Shown: piece after piece, positions 26,070 through 38,880 of the stretch
Layout: each line of letters starts with the position of its first letter
Position numbering within the stretch: position 1 is the first letter of the stretch
NCBI GenBank assembly: GCA_012295275.1
Contig: CM022665.1
Coordinates: 27,280,001-27,344,000, forward strand
Direction: 5' to 3'
Source of the DNA: Chrysomallon squamiferum
Lineage: Eukaryota > Animalia > Mollusca
DNA: 64,000 nt
Notes under the pieces: model-generated
Databases searched by the model: none
Told to the model about the DNA's origin: nothing
The model's input: the letters and a program-made list of their open reading frames with translations, nothing else
Position numbers and translations under genes: made by a program

Positions 26070-29000
26070 GTTCGTAATTAATACTCGTCATTGCCATGTC
26101 AAGATTACGTTAAAATTTTATGCTTCGTCAGTGTTTTTGAAACTTGAGTATCATCATAACACGTTGAATACTTTAATTCAGTTGCTTTTGAAAACATTCT
26201 TGCTTCGTTTACTTTTCAAAGATACAGACTTAGTGAGTTGTCATCTTGACTTTTAATTCTTTACTAAAGGTTGACAGAATTTTAAACGAAACGAAAAACA
26301 GGATATTACTGTTATTCAAAGCAGAGTCTTCTATTTAACTAGTTCGGATTAGAAAGATTTGTCAAGATCATACGTTTTCTCTTTACTCACTACAGGCACC
26401 TTGGGATGTAAGCATATTAAGAACAACCCAGTGAAAATGCATCACAAAGCTGAAGGTATTAAAATAAATACAGGAAATGGAGGATTAAAGATCTAGACAT
26501 TTGGCGAAAAAAAAAAATATGGTGACGGCTGTTGCAAAAAACAGGAAGGAATTATTTGTATTTAAGTATTAGTATGCATCAGCTATCTTACCAAGTTCCA
26601 TCAGATATCAAAATGAAATATCAAAGAAAACAGCCGATCAAAGGCTGTGAAACAGCACAAATGGTACTTTGCTTTGCAGTTAATCACTATTTTCAGTTCA
26701 AGCATATGCATTCGCTAATTTACTGTCAATAACATGTTTCTGTTCGCTCATATGGAGTAGCAGATATTGTACTTACAAATTAATGATTCTTTTTAATCTT
26801 GTGAACTAACAGAGAGACGTTAGTCAGAGACATAAACGAAAAAAATAAAATGATAGGCATTTTATACAAGTTCTTGATCATTATTTAATTAAAAATAACC
26901 CTGTTAAATATATGTATTTTATATAAATTTTAAAATTATTTAAATGCTAATTAGATTAATAAAATGTATATTAAAAGAAAAACTAAATTTTATAATGTTA
27001 AAAGAAGTAATTGGTTATAGTCATGTCTTTACCTAGTATTTAATATATGGAATCTTTAAGACTGATAAATATTTTCTATCTTTTGAATTTCATCTACACT
27101 GAAGTTTATTTTCACGAAACTGATAGAACCACTACTTTATAAATATATATCGAAAAGAGTTAAATAAAAATTAAATTCTAGAAGTCACCACCAACAAATT
27201 TTTTTTTTTTGTGTGACGTGAAAATTTGGATATTAGTGTTACCTGGCTTTTCAGCTAATAGGCAGCATGTTCACATCCAGATATGTCCTTTATAGAGTCT
27301 TAATATTCTTAATGTTAAATTTTATCTAAATACAAATAGTACAATTACTCAAAGCTATTTTTTTTTTTTTTTTTTTTTTTAATGACTAATTTTCCTTAGC
27401 TATAATCATAGAGCAAACGATAATAATATATTTAAAAAATACAATTCTTCGTATAGTTATTTAATAAATTATTTATTGTTAATATCATGACAAGGTCGTG
27501 TAAACAGTATTTTATTTTGAATTATATGTTACGCTTTTCAGAGTACATTCATCATTATAAATACATCATATCCGCATTTTTTTTAATTCTGAAAAATGTA
27601 TATCAGCACCAGCATATGTTCAAAAGGCTCTGTTATGATTATCACAAATATGACTTAAGCAGAATTACGTTTCATTACCCTTTTCTGAACTCTTTTGCGA
27701 AATTAACGAAACCAAAGACAAAATAATAAACAGCTTTTAACTATCTCATTTCTTCAATAGAGCCAATATGCTTGGAAAGAAAACAAACAAGCCTTGATTA
27801 ATACATCACCATGATGCTTTACGCTTCTGTTAAAGCAATGAAATTCGTCCCAGGGGGATTGAAAGTTCTGATGGAAATAAAAAAACAAAACAATGACAGC
27901 CATATGTCGAGCTGCATTCTTACATCATCAAAAGACGCTTAGCAGGGAATAATAAATACATACAAACATGGCTGACATCGCAGTACGAGGCGGGTAAAAT
28001 GGCGTTTTTAATGATTACAAGAAAATTTCATATTTGTGGGAATCGACCTAGACGACGCATAGACTGAGGTTGAGGTTAGAAAACATCGTAGCTGTATGTA
28101 ATGGAACTCAGCTACAGCAAACCGTCTTGTCAATAGCTGGTCTAATTAAAGTTTATGTTCAATACATGTTGGATATTTCTTAAAACTGATGCTTTATTTA
28201 TTAATACTGTTATTATTTATTGCTTATATTTTTTCTAAGTCAGTTCTTCTAAAATAGCTGTTACAAATTTAAATGTTTCTTAGAAATGATGCTATTTTAT
28301 TTTTTTTTTTTTTTTAGAATGTGAAATCTTCTGTAATGAAGACAAAAATGTTACGTAATGAATGAGATTTTATTTTGCATTTATTTATTTATTTTATATA
28401 TAATGACATTTCTTTTTAAAAGACGTTATTACAAATTAATTATTTTAACGTGGACAACATAGAGATGTTTACTGTACTAAAACTCAAGGAATTAAGTTTT
28501 CGTTATACCCTGCAGGCGTTCGACATGTATACCGTATGTATCAAATTCAGTGTGGCAGAAATAACAGTGGGTGACAGAAAGAGGCTATAGGTGTCAGTCA
28601 GGAGAAAAATGGTGGGTGCTGAGACTAACAATCTCGAGGAAGATGACTACCATATGTTGAAACTTGTGTATAAGTCCGGAACTTGGCGAGTTATACCGAA
28701 TCAGGCAAAATATAAAAACATTCTGTTTTATTCTGAATGAAATAAGAATTGATGTACCACGTGATTTTAAAAATAATATTCTAAAATGCACTTCAAATTT
28801 ATTTCATTTACCCCTAAACCTGTCATTATTCTTATATTTAAAATATTATAATACCAACATTAGAAACGCAACACAAACATAATTTGCCAGTTTCCTGAAA
28901 GATATGTTTATCATGTCCACATTTATGACAAATGCCATTTTTAACAATGCATGAAGCAAAAACGATCGTCCAGTAAATTCGCTAAGACGAATGGGCAATA

Positions 29001-31681
29001 GCCGTGGCCGGTAATGTGCTAATAGATACAAGTGAGATATTGCCCGCATGCCCCGAACCGTTGGTTAACTCGTTTAGACGCACTGACCATTATCCACATA
29101 CTTGACCTTCGCTTTAATTGTCCGGTTATCACCAGGAACGTGCACTTGCATGTGCATTTCATGCATAGCAAATCTTAATATACCTTAAGGGATCGTTAAC
29201 TTGGAGAGAGCCGTTGTCAGGGTCACGTTAAAAAGGCGATAATCTATCGCGTGTCGTAGATCACTGTCCACCAGTGACGTGCAGAATGTTTAAAGAATAC
29301 CTATTAAATCAAACTTTCAAAAGTCATCATAGAGTTGAAAATCGAATCTTCGTGAAGAATAGAATCCAGATGACAGTATCACTTAGTACAATTGTTTTTT
29401 TTTTTTTTTTCTCTCCCCTTTGTCCTTCTTTCGTGGTTAACTATACGTATGACATCACATAGCCAAATATGTTTTAAGGACATCGAAAATGTAAAACTGT
29501 TCATTCTGTTTCTTAGTTGTTGTCTTAATTTTATGATAGCTTTATTAAAAATAGTGGCTATTTGATAATTACGACAAGAACATAATGATTAACAGTAACA
29601 ATAGCAACAATACTAATAAATACAATAACACACACACACAAAATGACAATAGAAATAAAAACAATATCTGCACTAACTGCTACTACTACTACTACTGCTA
29701 CTACTACTACTACTACAGCTGCTGCTACTACTACTAAAGCAATTGCTACTACCACCAGAATACACAAGCTACTACTACGTACATATTATACTACTAACAC
29801 TACAATGTACATACGGTAACCTCCCAACAGTCATAACTGCCAACAGTCATACAGTTTTAAAACAACAAAGTTCAAGGTTGAGTGCACAACACTCTCATCA
29901 CAAGTCACAGCCATGTTACACACAGTAATAATGATTAAGAGGAAAAAGGTAACACTATGTTAAGACTGTATTAATTTGATTGAAATTTGATTTGAGATTT
30001 ACTGGAATTCTGATCAATTTCGTTATCTGAGTTAGTTAATATATTTAGTAATATCTAAATTACAATACATTATCAAGATATGATCTCTTCAATTTTACAA
30101 ATAAGTGTTTACAAGTCCCTCTAGAAAATTGAAAGAATTTGAAATGTTATTGCGATTGACTACAAAAAACTAAAATTTATAGCTGTCTTGTCTTGTGTAT
30201 TCAGTTTTAATCATTAACTACAAAACTTCTTCTCCAGACAACTGGAGAAGTGATTACGAATTCAAACAGTCCATGATCAAAACACGCTTTCATTAGTAAC
30301 TTACTAACACAGCCCATCTAATTACTCTGCTCTGAAGCTGTCAAATTAAGTATAGGTGTGCTTAGTCCAATATTCCGCCTGACTATTCCCTCACTGTAGT
30401 GTAACTACAGGCATAAACCCGTACTTCGATTATCACCCATATTAACCACCATTTAGTTTACACTAATAACAACTAGCAAATATTTAAAAGAACTTCGGTC
30501 AATACTTGATCCATCTATTCGAATCGATCCTGCATTCTACCACTCCAAAAATATCTCGTAAAACTCCGCTAAGTATGTACAAGACATATCGGTGTTAGTT
30601 AATACTTGCTTTGCATTTGTCTTGCGGTCGTGTTGAAGCAACTGTCAAATACATTTGTTAATAACGAGTGTGTTCCCACTGACAACCACCACACGTCATA
30701 ACAACGAAGGAAATATGTAATAACAATGAGATCACGTCATAATGAAGCAAGCGTCTTAGATTACTATATACTTCTTAGGAATTCTGTTACAACTACGTAT
30801 CGTAAACATAATAATACTTACATAATTTTTACATTAAATTTAGATAAGTTTCAAGAAAATTAATTTGTAACCAGTAGTACATGCATAATATAGCGATTCA
30901 GTGTAACCATGGATAGAGACATCAATTTAGACAGGAATTATGTGCTAATACAATAACATGAAATCTACAGAGGATATATAATCATTTAATGCTTTATTAT
31001 TAATTTAATTTACACATATGTCATGGTTTTGAGTTCAGTAATAAAAACAAATGGAAATCGTGAATGCATCGCAAGTCGTAAATAATCTATTAGAAGGAGT
31101 TTATTGATGCGAGTTTATCACGTCTAATTGATTGCACCCCGCTGTGATGACAAACAGAATGGCAGCGAAAATTGGAAAAAGGACTAGACTGGTTCAATAA
31201 CTGTGGCGCCACTGGTGTGGACACCGAGCCACGCTATCTCCCAACTGTCACCATGTACGAACGATAACCACACACCTCGTCCATTACAAAAACACTAAAA
31301 TTTCTCCGGTGCCTCCAGAAACAGAGTTTGAGTGTTTTATTAAGGAAGAAAATATGACTTTGATGACAAAACCGAAGAGGTGCGAAACGTTTGCAGTCGG
31401 TTTGCGCCGAATGCCGAGAAAGACCGGGCATGTTTTTAAGAACTAAATATCTCAGCGCGTCTTTAAAAAACAGCATGTCAAAAAAAACGAGAGAGCGAAA
31501 AAACGATCGCGCTGAAATAGCAAATAAGTGCCGAGTTTATTTGGTGCCAGTTGAAAGGAAATGATTTGTAGTTTTGCATACTTACAAGTCGCCTATTTGT
31601 TTGAGATCTTTATCACCTTTGAAACATACTCTTTATTATCCAAGGTTGAAGAAACTGTCAATAATTTTTTTTGTGACTTTC

Positions 31682-31687
<6 letters not shown>

Positions 31688-31726
<39 letters not shown>
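31688..31726. repeat. (GA)n microsatellite
   Basis: Perfect dinucleotide run. Confidence 0.97.
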
Positions 31727-31730
<4 letters not shown>

Positions 31731-32429
31731 AGAAGAAAGAAAACGAAAAATTATGTAATTATGTAATTAACTATACAAAACTATATATTTTTCTTTTTAT
31801 GCTTTATATTTATTTCATTTTGTCACCCAAATATTATTATTATTTTTATTATCATTAAATTAGAATTCACAATCTATCTTTGTCATCGGAACAGTTTTGG
31901 ATCATCAAGGAAAGATCAAGACTATACACTGAAAAGAAATAAATGGAAAAAAAAAAAAATAATAATAATAAATAGTCACTAACATGACATTGCACGGGAT
32001 ATTGAAATATCTAAAACCATATACATGTATGCATTATGTGGGAATCCAGATAACAAAGCCAGTCAAGTACAGTGATATATATGGAAATTGTTTATAGGAC
32101 TGACTTTTTTAAAACGTGAATGTTATCGCTATTAATAATTATTATACGTCTGCAAAATAATTAATTATTCTATTGTGATCAGGTCTGGTATGGGCGCCTT
32201 ATTTAATCCGTCATCTTAATGTTTGTCTCTGATAAGGATAAGGTTACCAATCTAGAGAAAAAAAAAAAAAAAATTAAAAATCATAATGAACAAAGCAAAA
32301 GCTACAAAGAACTAAAATATACACATATATATATAAAACCCCAAACAAACAACTGCTTGATACTAGACGACTATAACTGTGAAATTAGATCAACAAAGTT
32401 TGATAAGAAACACGACACCACAAACTAAT

Positions 32430-32578
32430 CCCTTAGGTTACCATTTAGGAATCATTTCCCACACATGGGTACAAAAAATACGCACGCGAACGGAAGATGA
32501 ACCGAAACGTTCCTCCTAGCCAGATCGAACATCTGACCTATCACGCCTAGAGCGAACTCCGAACCATCGAGTCAAAGT
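32430..32578 (-). mobile_element. Decayed tRNA-derived SINE (head plus part of body)
   Basis: Minus strand reads TGACTCGATGGT...GTTCGCTCTAGGCGTGATAGGTCAGATGTTCGATC: A-box-like and B-box-like Pol III elements at tRNA spacing, with no intact cloverleaf. Confidence 0.55.
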
Positions 32579-33167
32579 TCAGAACAAAGACGAATATACC
32601 TGACGCCAGTGATTACATACACACTGAGGTGTCATTAAACAGGTATTTCTTTCATCTGGTCACGGGTCATTCTTGGTCAGTGATTTGTCGCCAGTCTAAG
32701 GACATCCATACCTTTCCGTAGACAATAAATCAACAGGACTGTCTAATAATACCGATATCTGTCTTTGACGTGACAGTATTATGTCAGCTCACTTGGCAAA
32801 TAAAAACCAAAGACGGTGACGTCTCGTCTGTGACGTAATTAAACATTATGAAATAAATGAGTGTCTGCAGGCACAAGGACTACGTCCGAAACTAATGTTG
32901 TCATAATGTTTTATGGTAATGTAATCGGCAAGGAACCTAATCCATAAATCCAGCTTCAGTGTGCGGTGTTACATAAAAGGAAATTGCTATTTTTGTAATT
33001 TGTTTTTTATTTTATTTTATTTTTATTTTATTATTATTATTATTATTTTTTAATTGAAGTAACAAAAGTTATCTTAGTTAAAATATAATTTATTAACTGG
33101 ATTATTCAAAAATCATCTGTAACGAACCATATGAAAAATAAATTAAATAATTTTAAAAGTTTAACAC

Positions 33168-33298
<131 letters not shown>

Positions 33299-34016
33299 TC
33301 ACACGTGTTACAGTAATGCCATCAGTATATTAATTTTTACTTTTTTTTTGGTCCTAATTTCTTCATCTCAGTGAGTAACGGTTCTAACATTTCACAGCGA
33401 GATTTCAGCGCCTGCTGGAGAAGTCTTATTTCATTTTAAATACCTGTGTTCGTCACTGTGCGCAGTTTTCATGCCATTAGTCTGTAGATACCGTTATCTC
33501 CCGTGCATAGCGTATGCTAGCGGCACAGTGCACCTGTCTAGCTAAAGCAATGATTCAGACGCTAATTAAAAGCACGGGTTATAAAATTCGCTTGTCGTAA
33601 TACGTGTATAAAATCTATAAAACACATTCACTGATTACTTAACCGACCATATCGTTATTACCTGTTATATATTGCTTCAGCTATACTGCTGCCAGTGTCA
33701 CAAAATTTAATGTGACAACTACTAAACCGTTTTAATTAATATCACAAAAACATGGCATTTCCACGATCGTCTCGTAAGAGTCTTCTAGGAGAAGGAGAAC
33801 GACTCGAACCATTCTTTTACAATTTCCCTCGCCGCGATATGAAACCCTTCTTGTGTAATTGTGTTCTACAAATGACTAATATTATTAGTCTTACGGTACA
33901 ACACATTGACGCTGTAACAATCACTGCCACAATGTTCATGTCACTTTCAGTAATACTCGAGGAATAACAAACAGCTGGTTTCTTTAATCTGTGTTTTATT
34001 ATGATAACCGACCTAC

Positions 34017-34283
34017 AACTGCACTACTACTATTACTACTACCATTACTGCTGCTGCTGCTGCTACTACTACTACTGCTGCTGCTACTACTACTACTACT
34101 AGTGCTGCTGCTGCTACTACTACTGTCACTACTATTACTACTACTGCTACTACTATTACTATTCTACTACTACTACTGCTACTACTACTACTATTACTAC
34201 TACTGCTATTACTACTGTTATTACTACTACTATTACTACTACTGCTACTACTATTACTATTTTTACTACTACTACTGCTGCTG

Positions 34284-34352
<69 letters not shown>

Positions 34353-34455
34353 TTACTATTTTACTACTACTACTACTGCTGCTGCTACTACTACTACTAC
34401 TGCTACTACTACTACTGCTACTACTATTACTATACTACTACTACTACTACTACTT

Positions 34456-34497
<42 letters not shown>
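34017..34497. repeat. ~480-bp compound (ACT/GCT/ATT)n trinucleotide array
   Basis: Direct inspection; source of the poly-L/Y/T ORF 33991-34518. Confidence 0.97.
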
Positions 34498-34873
34498 AAA
34501 CGTTTGCTGCTGCTTTAACTATTATTTCTGATGCCACAGTGTGTCAACATCTCATGGATGTCATTGATATTACCACCACAGCCTACTGCTGTTACTTACA
34601 CAGTTATCTGAAATCAGGCAGTAACTGATTACAGCTAGTATTATAACAGAATTTACAATTCTTCCACTCGTTCAGTCATCCACACATTTTCTTGTAGTGG
34701 AGCGTAGTTTACAGCTTAGGATATTCGGAAAGCCAGCTCTTATTAGTAGACCACAGTGTGTAGAAATACATAACAGAGTTTGTGCTAATACGTAATCATT
34801 AAGGTAAATTGTAATTTTTGTGTTGTGTTTATAGCAGTCTATAGTATCTGTCATTTTTTCTTATTTGATAAAT

Positions 34874-34876
<3 letters not shown>

Positions 34877-34958
<82 letters not shown>
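34877..34958. repeat. (GA)n microsatellite
   Basis: Perfect run ~320 bp upstream of the TRIM9 ATG. Confidence 0.98.
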
Positions 34959-34960
<2 letters not shown>

Positions 34961-35084
34961 CAAAACGAAGATGAATATTGGCATTATTGAAAAATATCTT
35001 ATTAATAAGGAAAATTATTTGTTTCGACTGTTTGGTGAAATGCAGGTTATTTACTTTCTAGGTTTTTTCCTCTCCCTTTTTTAC

Positions 35085-35280
35085 GGTGAACTGACGACTG
35101 CTGAAATGAATTTCTAACACGAGCGCCGTAACGCACCTGCTCCTCGACGTCCGTAAATAGGCGGAAACATGCGAAGACGTCCGATTGCCGAGCACGCTCA
35201 TTGATTGGCAACACAGCGCTTCCTATGCTATGGTCACACTGCACAGCGAAGTGAGTGGCTCAGTCGCCGAGTGCGCGGAG
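35085..35280 (+). promoter_or_regulatory. Putative TRIM9 proximal promoter / 5' UTR
   Basis: CpG-dense stretch directly upstream of the ATG. Inverted CCAAT (ATTGG 35204-35208) and initiator-like TCAGTC (35260-35265). Motif-level evidence only. Confidence 0.45.
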
Positions 35281-36051
35281 ATGGAGGAAGAGTTGAAGTG
35301 TCCGCTCTGTCGTAAGGTGTACACTAAGCCAGTGTTGTTTCCCTGCTATCACTCATTCTGCATGGCATGTGCTGTAGGAATACAGCAACCGGCACAACAA
35401 CTGATTCCTCAAACGGTGGGCACGGACGAAGGGACTCAGGTGATCAACGAAACGGTGGACTTTCCAGAGATAGATAAACTGAGCATAGTATCCGAGACGG
35501 ACAGTGGCGTTGTCTGTAACAGCCGTCCGTCCAGTTATGTCAGTACCCCGAGTATATCGAACATCTTCACGCAGTCGTTGCAGACGTGCACGTTCGGGAT
35601 AAAGTGTCCGATATGTCACAAATCGGTCTTTCTTGATGAAAACGGGGCCCAGTCGCTACCCCCAAATAAAGTCTTGGAGGCTATTGTGGATAAATATTAC
35701 AATCAACACAAGCATGACGAAATTAAGTGTCAAATGTGCGAAGACGGAACTACGGATGCTACGACAATGTGCAAACAGTGTGAGGTGTTTTACTGTGATA
35801 AGTGCCGGGACAGCTGCCACCCGCCCAGGGGACCCCTTGCGAAGCACAATCTCGTGGACCCTACCCAGGGGAAAAACATCCTGCGAACGAAAAATAAAAA
35901 CAAGGAAGTTAAATGTGCCGAGCATGGAGATGAACAGCTCAGCATGTATTGTGTTGTCTGCAAAATACCTGTGTGTTTTACCTGTGCACAGGACGGAAGA
36001 CACCTCAGTCACGATGTTCAAGCACTGGGCGCACTCTGTAAAAGTCAGAAG
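35281..36051 (+). CDS. TRIM9: First coding exon of a TRIM9/TRIM67-family (MADD-2/Trim9) E3 ubiquitin ligase: RING, B-box1, B-box2
   Basis: Starts MEEELKCPLC, the family's characteristic N-terminus. RING CPLC..CYH..CMAC-(78 aa insert)-CPIC at 35299-35616, with the family motif DKLSIVSETDSG in the insert. B-box1 CQMC..CKQCEVFYCDKCRDSCHPPRGPLAKH at 35728-35847. B-box2 CAEH..CVVC..CFTC..HLSH at 35914-36012. 257 codons, then AAG|GTAATG. The ORF-track extensions (35185 start, 36177 end) are UTR and intron read-through. Confidence 0.95.
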
Positions 36052-36779
36052 GTAATGACATTATTTATTCACTTATTAAAATCAATACATTTTCACAATA
36101 ATTATATAACTGCCTTATTATTGACGTTTTTATTTCATTTATTGGAAAAAACAACAACAACAACACACACACATTAAACAATTAGTTTATTATTTTTTAC
36201 TTATTTATTTTGATTGTTATACTAATTATTAATTTTGGTTTATTTGTATATTATTATTAATACATTTTAAATTTAATTTTCAATACAAGTATAAATAATT
36301 AATTATAGAAAAATGTTAAATTTTATACGTAACAGCAAATGTTGTTTCCTGTAGTAATTTTCTTACAAAAAACACTTCCTGAAGTGAACAAGCTGATTAT
36401 ATTGCTGATTAATCAGATACACCTGTGTTACACCTGTATGCCTGACAGCATCCAGGTAATAATGTGCATATGTAGTACCTTTGTTCAGTTAAGGATGTCG
36501 ATCACCATATTTTTTTAATTCAAACTGAAGTGAACTATCATATTTTTTTGATTAAAATTGTTATTAAATACGTACACAATTTAGAAAAAGACTGAGATAG
36601 TTAAAAGTTTTCAGTTAGGATTAAAAAACCCACAAAAAGCAAATGAATAATAATAAATAATAAAAAATAATAATAATGAATAAATAATATTAAACTAATG
36701 AAGGAAAGACAAAAATACTTTTTCAATAGTGCCTTTAATACTAAAACTTGTTTTCTTTTATCTTTGCTAAATGGTAATT

Positions 36780-36781
<2 letters not shown>

Positions 36782-36845
<64 letters not shown>
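36782..36845. repeat. (CT)n microsatellite
   Basis: Perfect run ~730 bp into the intron. Confidence 0.98.
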
Positions 36846-36848
<3 letters not shown>

Positions 36849-37219
36849 TCTCACTCACCTTCTTTGTATACCATTTATTCTCATTTGATATAACTTGTCT
36901 TTCTTTTATAACAGCTTCTCTAAAAAACCGGGCACATTAAAAAACATTATATAACAAAATAGCACTGTTAGTTTTAAAGGCCATATGGTCATTGATTAAT
37001 AGGTGTAGCTTTGTTACTGAATGGATCAGTGTTTTCTGTTACATAGTGCAAGTAATTACAATAATGATTGTATCACCAAGTATTACATAACCAGATAACT
37101 GTGCGTGTGAATTACAAGGGTGATAAAGCAAACAAGCAGAGTTGACTGATAGTCTCATAATCACAGCATGTGCTGTTTTTTTAAAACAGCAACTGTAAAT
37201 AATCCCTAATAACTTTGTT

Positions 37220-37640
37220 TTACTGTTATAATTTACACATAATTAATGCAAAATTGGCTTGTTGCTGTTAAACAGTGCAGCATTGGTTAGTTTTATAATT
37301 TACTTCTAATTAGTATAAAATTGTTTTACAGTTAAAATTTACAGTTAATTAGTATAAAATTAGTTTCCTGTTTTGTTTACTAATAACTAGTGTAATACTG
37401 TTTTAGTGTTATAGTTTACACCTAATTAATATAATATTTGTTTACTCATAATATATATATATACCTCATTAGTGTAAAGTGTGTTTTCTTTTAATTACTT
37501 TAGGATGTTTTGGTGTTATATTTACACCTAATTAGTGTAAAATTGGCTTAATGTTAAAATAATGTTAGTTTAGTGTCAAGCTTCATGCTCTGTGTAATAA
37601 ATGTAAAACTGGTTTACTGTTATGTTCACAATTAGTAATC
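37220..37640. repeat. Degenerate ~39-bp minisatellite
   Basis: Approximate unit ACTGTTATAATTTACACCTAATTAGTGTAAAATTGGTTT. AATTAGT-like cores at about 37308, 37347, 37385, 37424, 37467, 37530 and 37630. Confidence 0.75.
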
Positions 37641-38711
37641 TATAATAACAGAAAATAACTAAATAACTTCTATTAATAAAGTACAGTTGATTTATTAAAT
37701 TACATTATTAATATAACTGACATCTTGTTTGTCATCTGTCTTTCTTTTTTTCAAAATCATTATCAGTTTACATTTTTTTACCTATACTATTTATCTTTCT
37801 CAAAAGCAATGTGTAAAGTATTCATTTACACCATTTACTTAAAGGATACTTAAACATTTTAACTATCACTGGCTTTTAACGTCTTGTTCACCCTGTATTC
37901 CAATGTCAACAACATATTCTTTGAGCTAATTTATTTAAAGCTTCAAACTTAATAATGGGATTGTGTGGTCATTGCCTTCTGTCCAGTAACAAAGATCTGC
38001 AAAACTGTAAACCTACAGACTGACTTGGTGATAAAAAAAAAAGAAGATAAAAAATAAGAAAAACCCACTGAACTGTAGACTCCACTTTAGCCCCCAGTGG
38101 CGACAGTGTGGCGGGTCTGTAGCCACCCACCTACTGAAGGAGATTTAGCACACCTTTTACACCTGGCCTCTTTGGTAAACAGTGACTGTTTTCCTTGGCA
38201 TTTAGTCTTCGCCAGCTTTGGTGTCACGCCATCACAATGCTAACATTTATTTTGTGCGGAGGTTTCTGTGTCCCTCGTGTTTGCTTGTTTCTTTACACCT
38301 CAGTTGTAATTTTACAAGTGAAAAGTTTATGTATCTTGCGAACACTCTCACCCAGGCGTGATCTATTTTATTATAAGTACACACACAAAGAGTGTAATAG
38401 TCACAACAGCAGTAAATAGTTTCCTTCCAACAAAAATATTATTTCTTCACGGTTTCTTTTCTTTTCTTTCAATTTTATTTCTTTTTTTAAGATAATTTTG
38501 AAATGTATCGTTTGTAACACGGATGATGGTTAGAAAAGAGGATTTTGGAGGAGAGTGTTCTTTCAGAATTTCAGTTTTTGTAATATTGTAAATAAATAAA
38601 TAAATAAAATAATGTAATAAAAGGGGAAAATAAATAAATAAAAGTAAGTAAGTAAATAAATAAATAAATAAATAAATAAAACAAAACAAATAAAAGTATT
38701 GATGTTTATAC

Positions 38712-38880
38712 CAGCCATTCTCAACCTTTTTTTGCACAGACCTTTTAGAGCACTTCTCAGTTTCTAGGGTTCCCCTGTCAAACAGTCATGCAACAAGAAC
38801 AGATAGAAAATTCTGTTCTCACATCTTTCAGTCTGTGGCCCCCCTTTAAATGTGGCAGGACTCCCTGTTGATAATGACTG
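38712..38880. mobile_element. Non-autonomous hAT (Charlie-like) MITE, 169 bp
   Basis: Left end CAGCCATTCTCAAC; reverse complement of right end CAGTCATTATCAAC (12/14 match), resembling Charlie-type CAGTGGTTCTCAAC TIRs. Flanking 8-mers GTTTATAC / TTTTATAT (6/8) fit a decayed 8-bp TSD. Confidence 0.7.

Noticed and set aside
28609-28740. 43-aa ORF MVGAETNNLEEDDYHMLKLVYKSGTWRVIPNQ...
   Set aside because: Short, no recognisable family and no convincing exon boundaries.
30229-30250. Perfect 9-bp-stem hairpin (similar ones at 14484 and 33696)
   Set aside because: A few stems of this length are expected by chance in 64 kb, and there is no supporting context.
33991-34518. 175-aa poly-L/Y/T ORF, and the other SLSL, ERER, poly-I and MYVC ORFs
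   Set aside because: Translations of microsatellites.
35185-35280. N-terminal extension of the 330-aa ORF, including an in-frame ATG at 35230
   Set aside because: The family starts at MEEELKC, the ORF-track start is a TTG, and a candidate initiator lies downstream of 35230.
35353-36055. Overlapping ORFs in alternative frames and on the antisense strand
   Set aside because: Shadow ORFs of a GC-richer coding exon, with no recognisable motifs.
36052-36177. Hydrophobic C-terminal tail of the ORF (possible membrane-anchored isoform)
   Set aside because: It lies past a canonical donor in AT-rich low-complexity intron; Leu/Phe/Ile richness follows from base composition.
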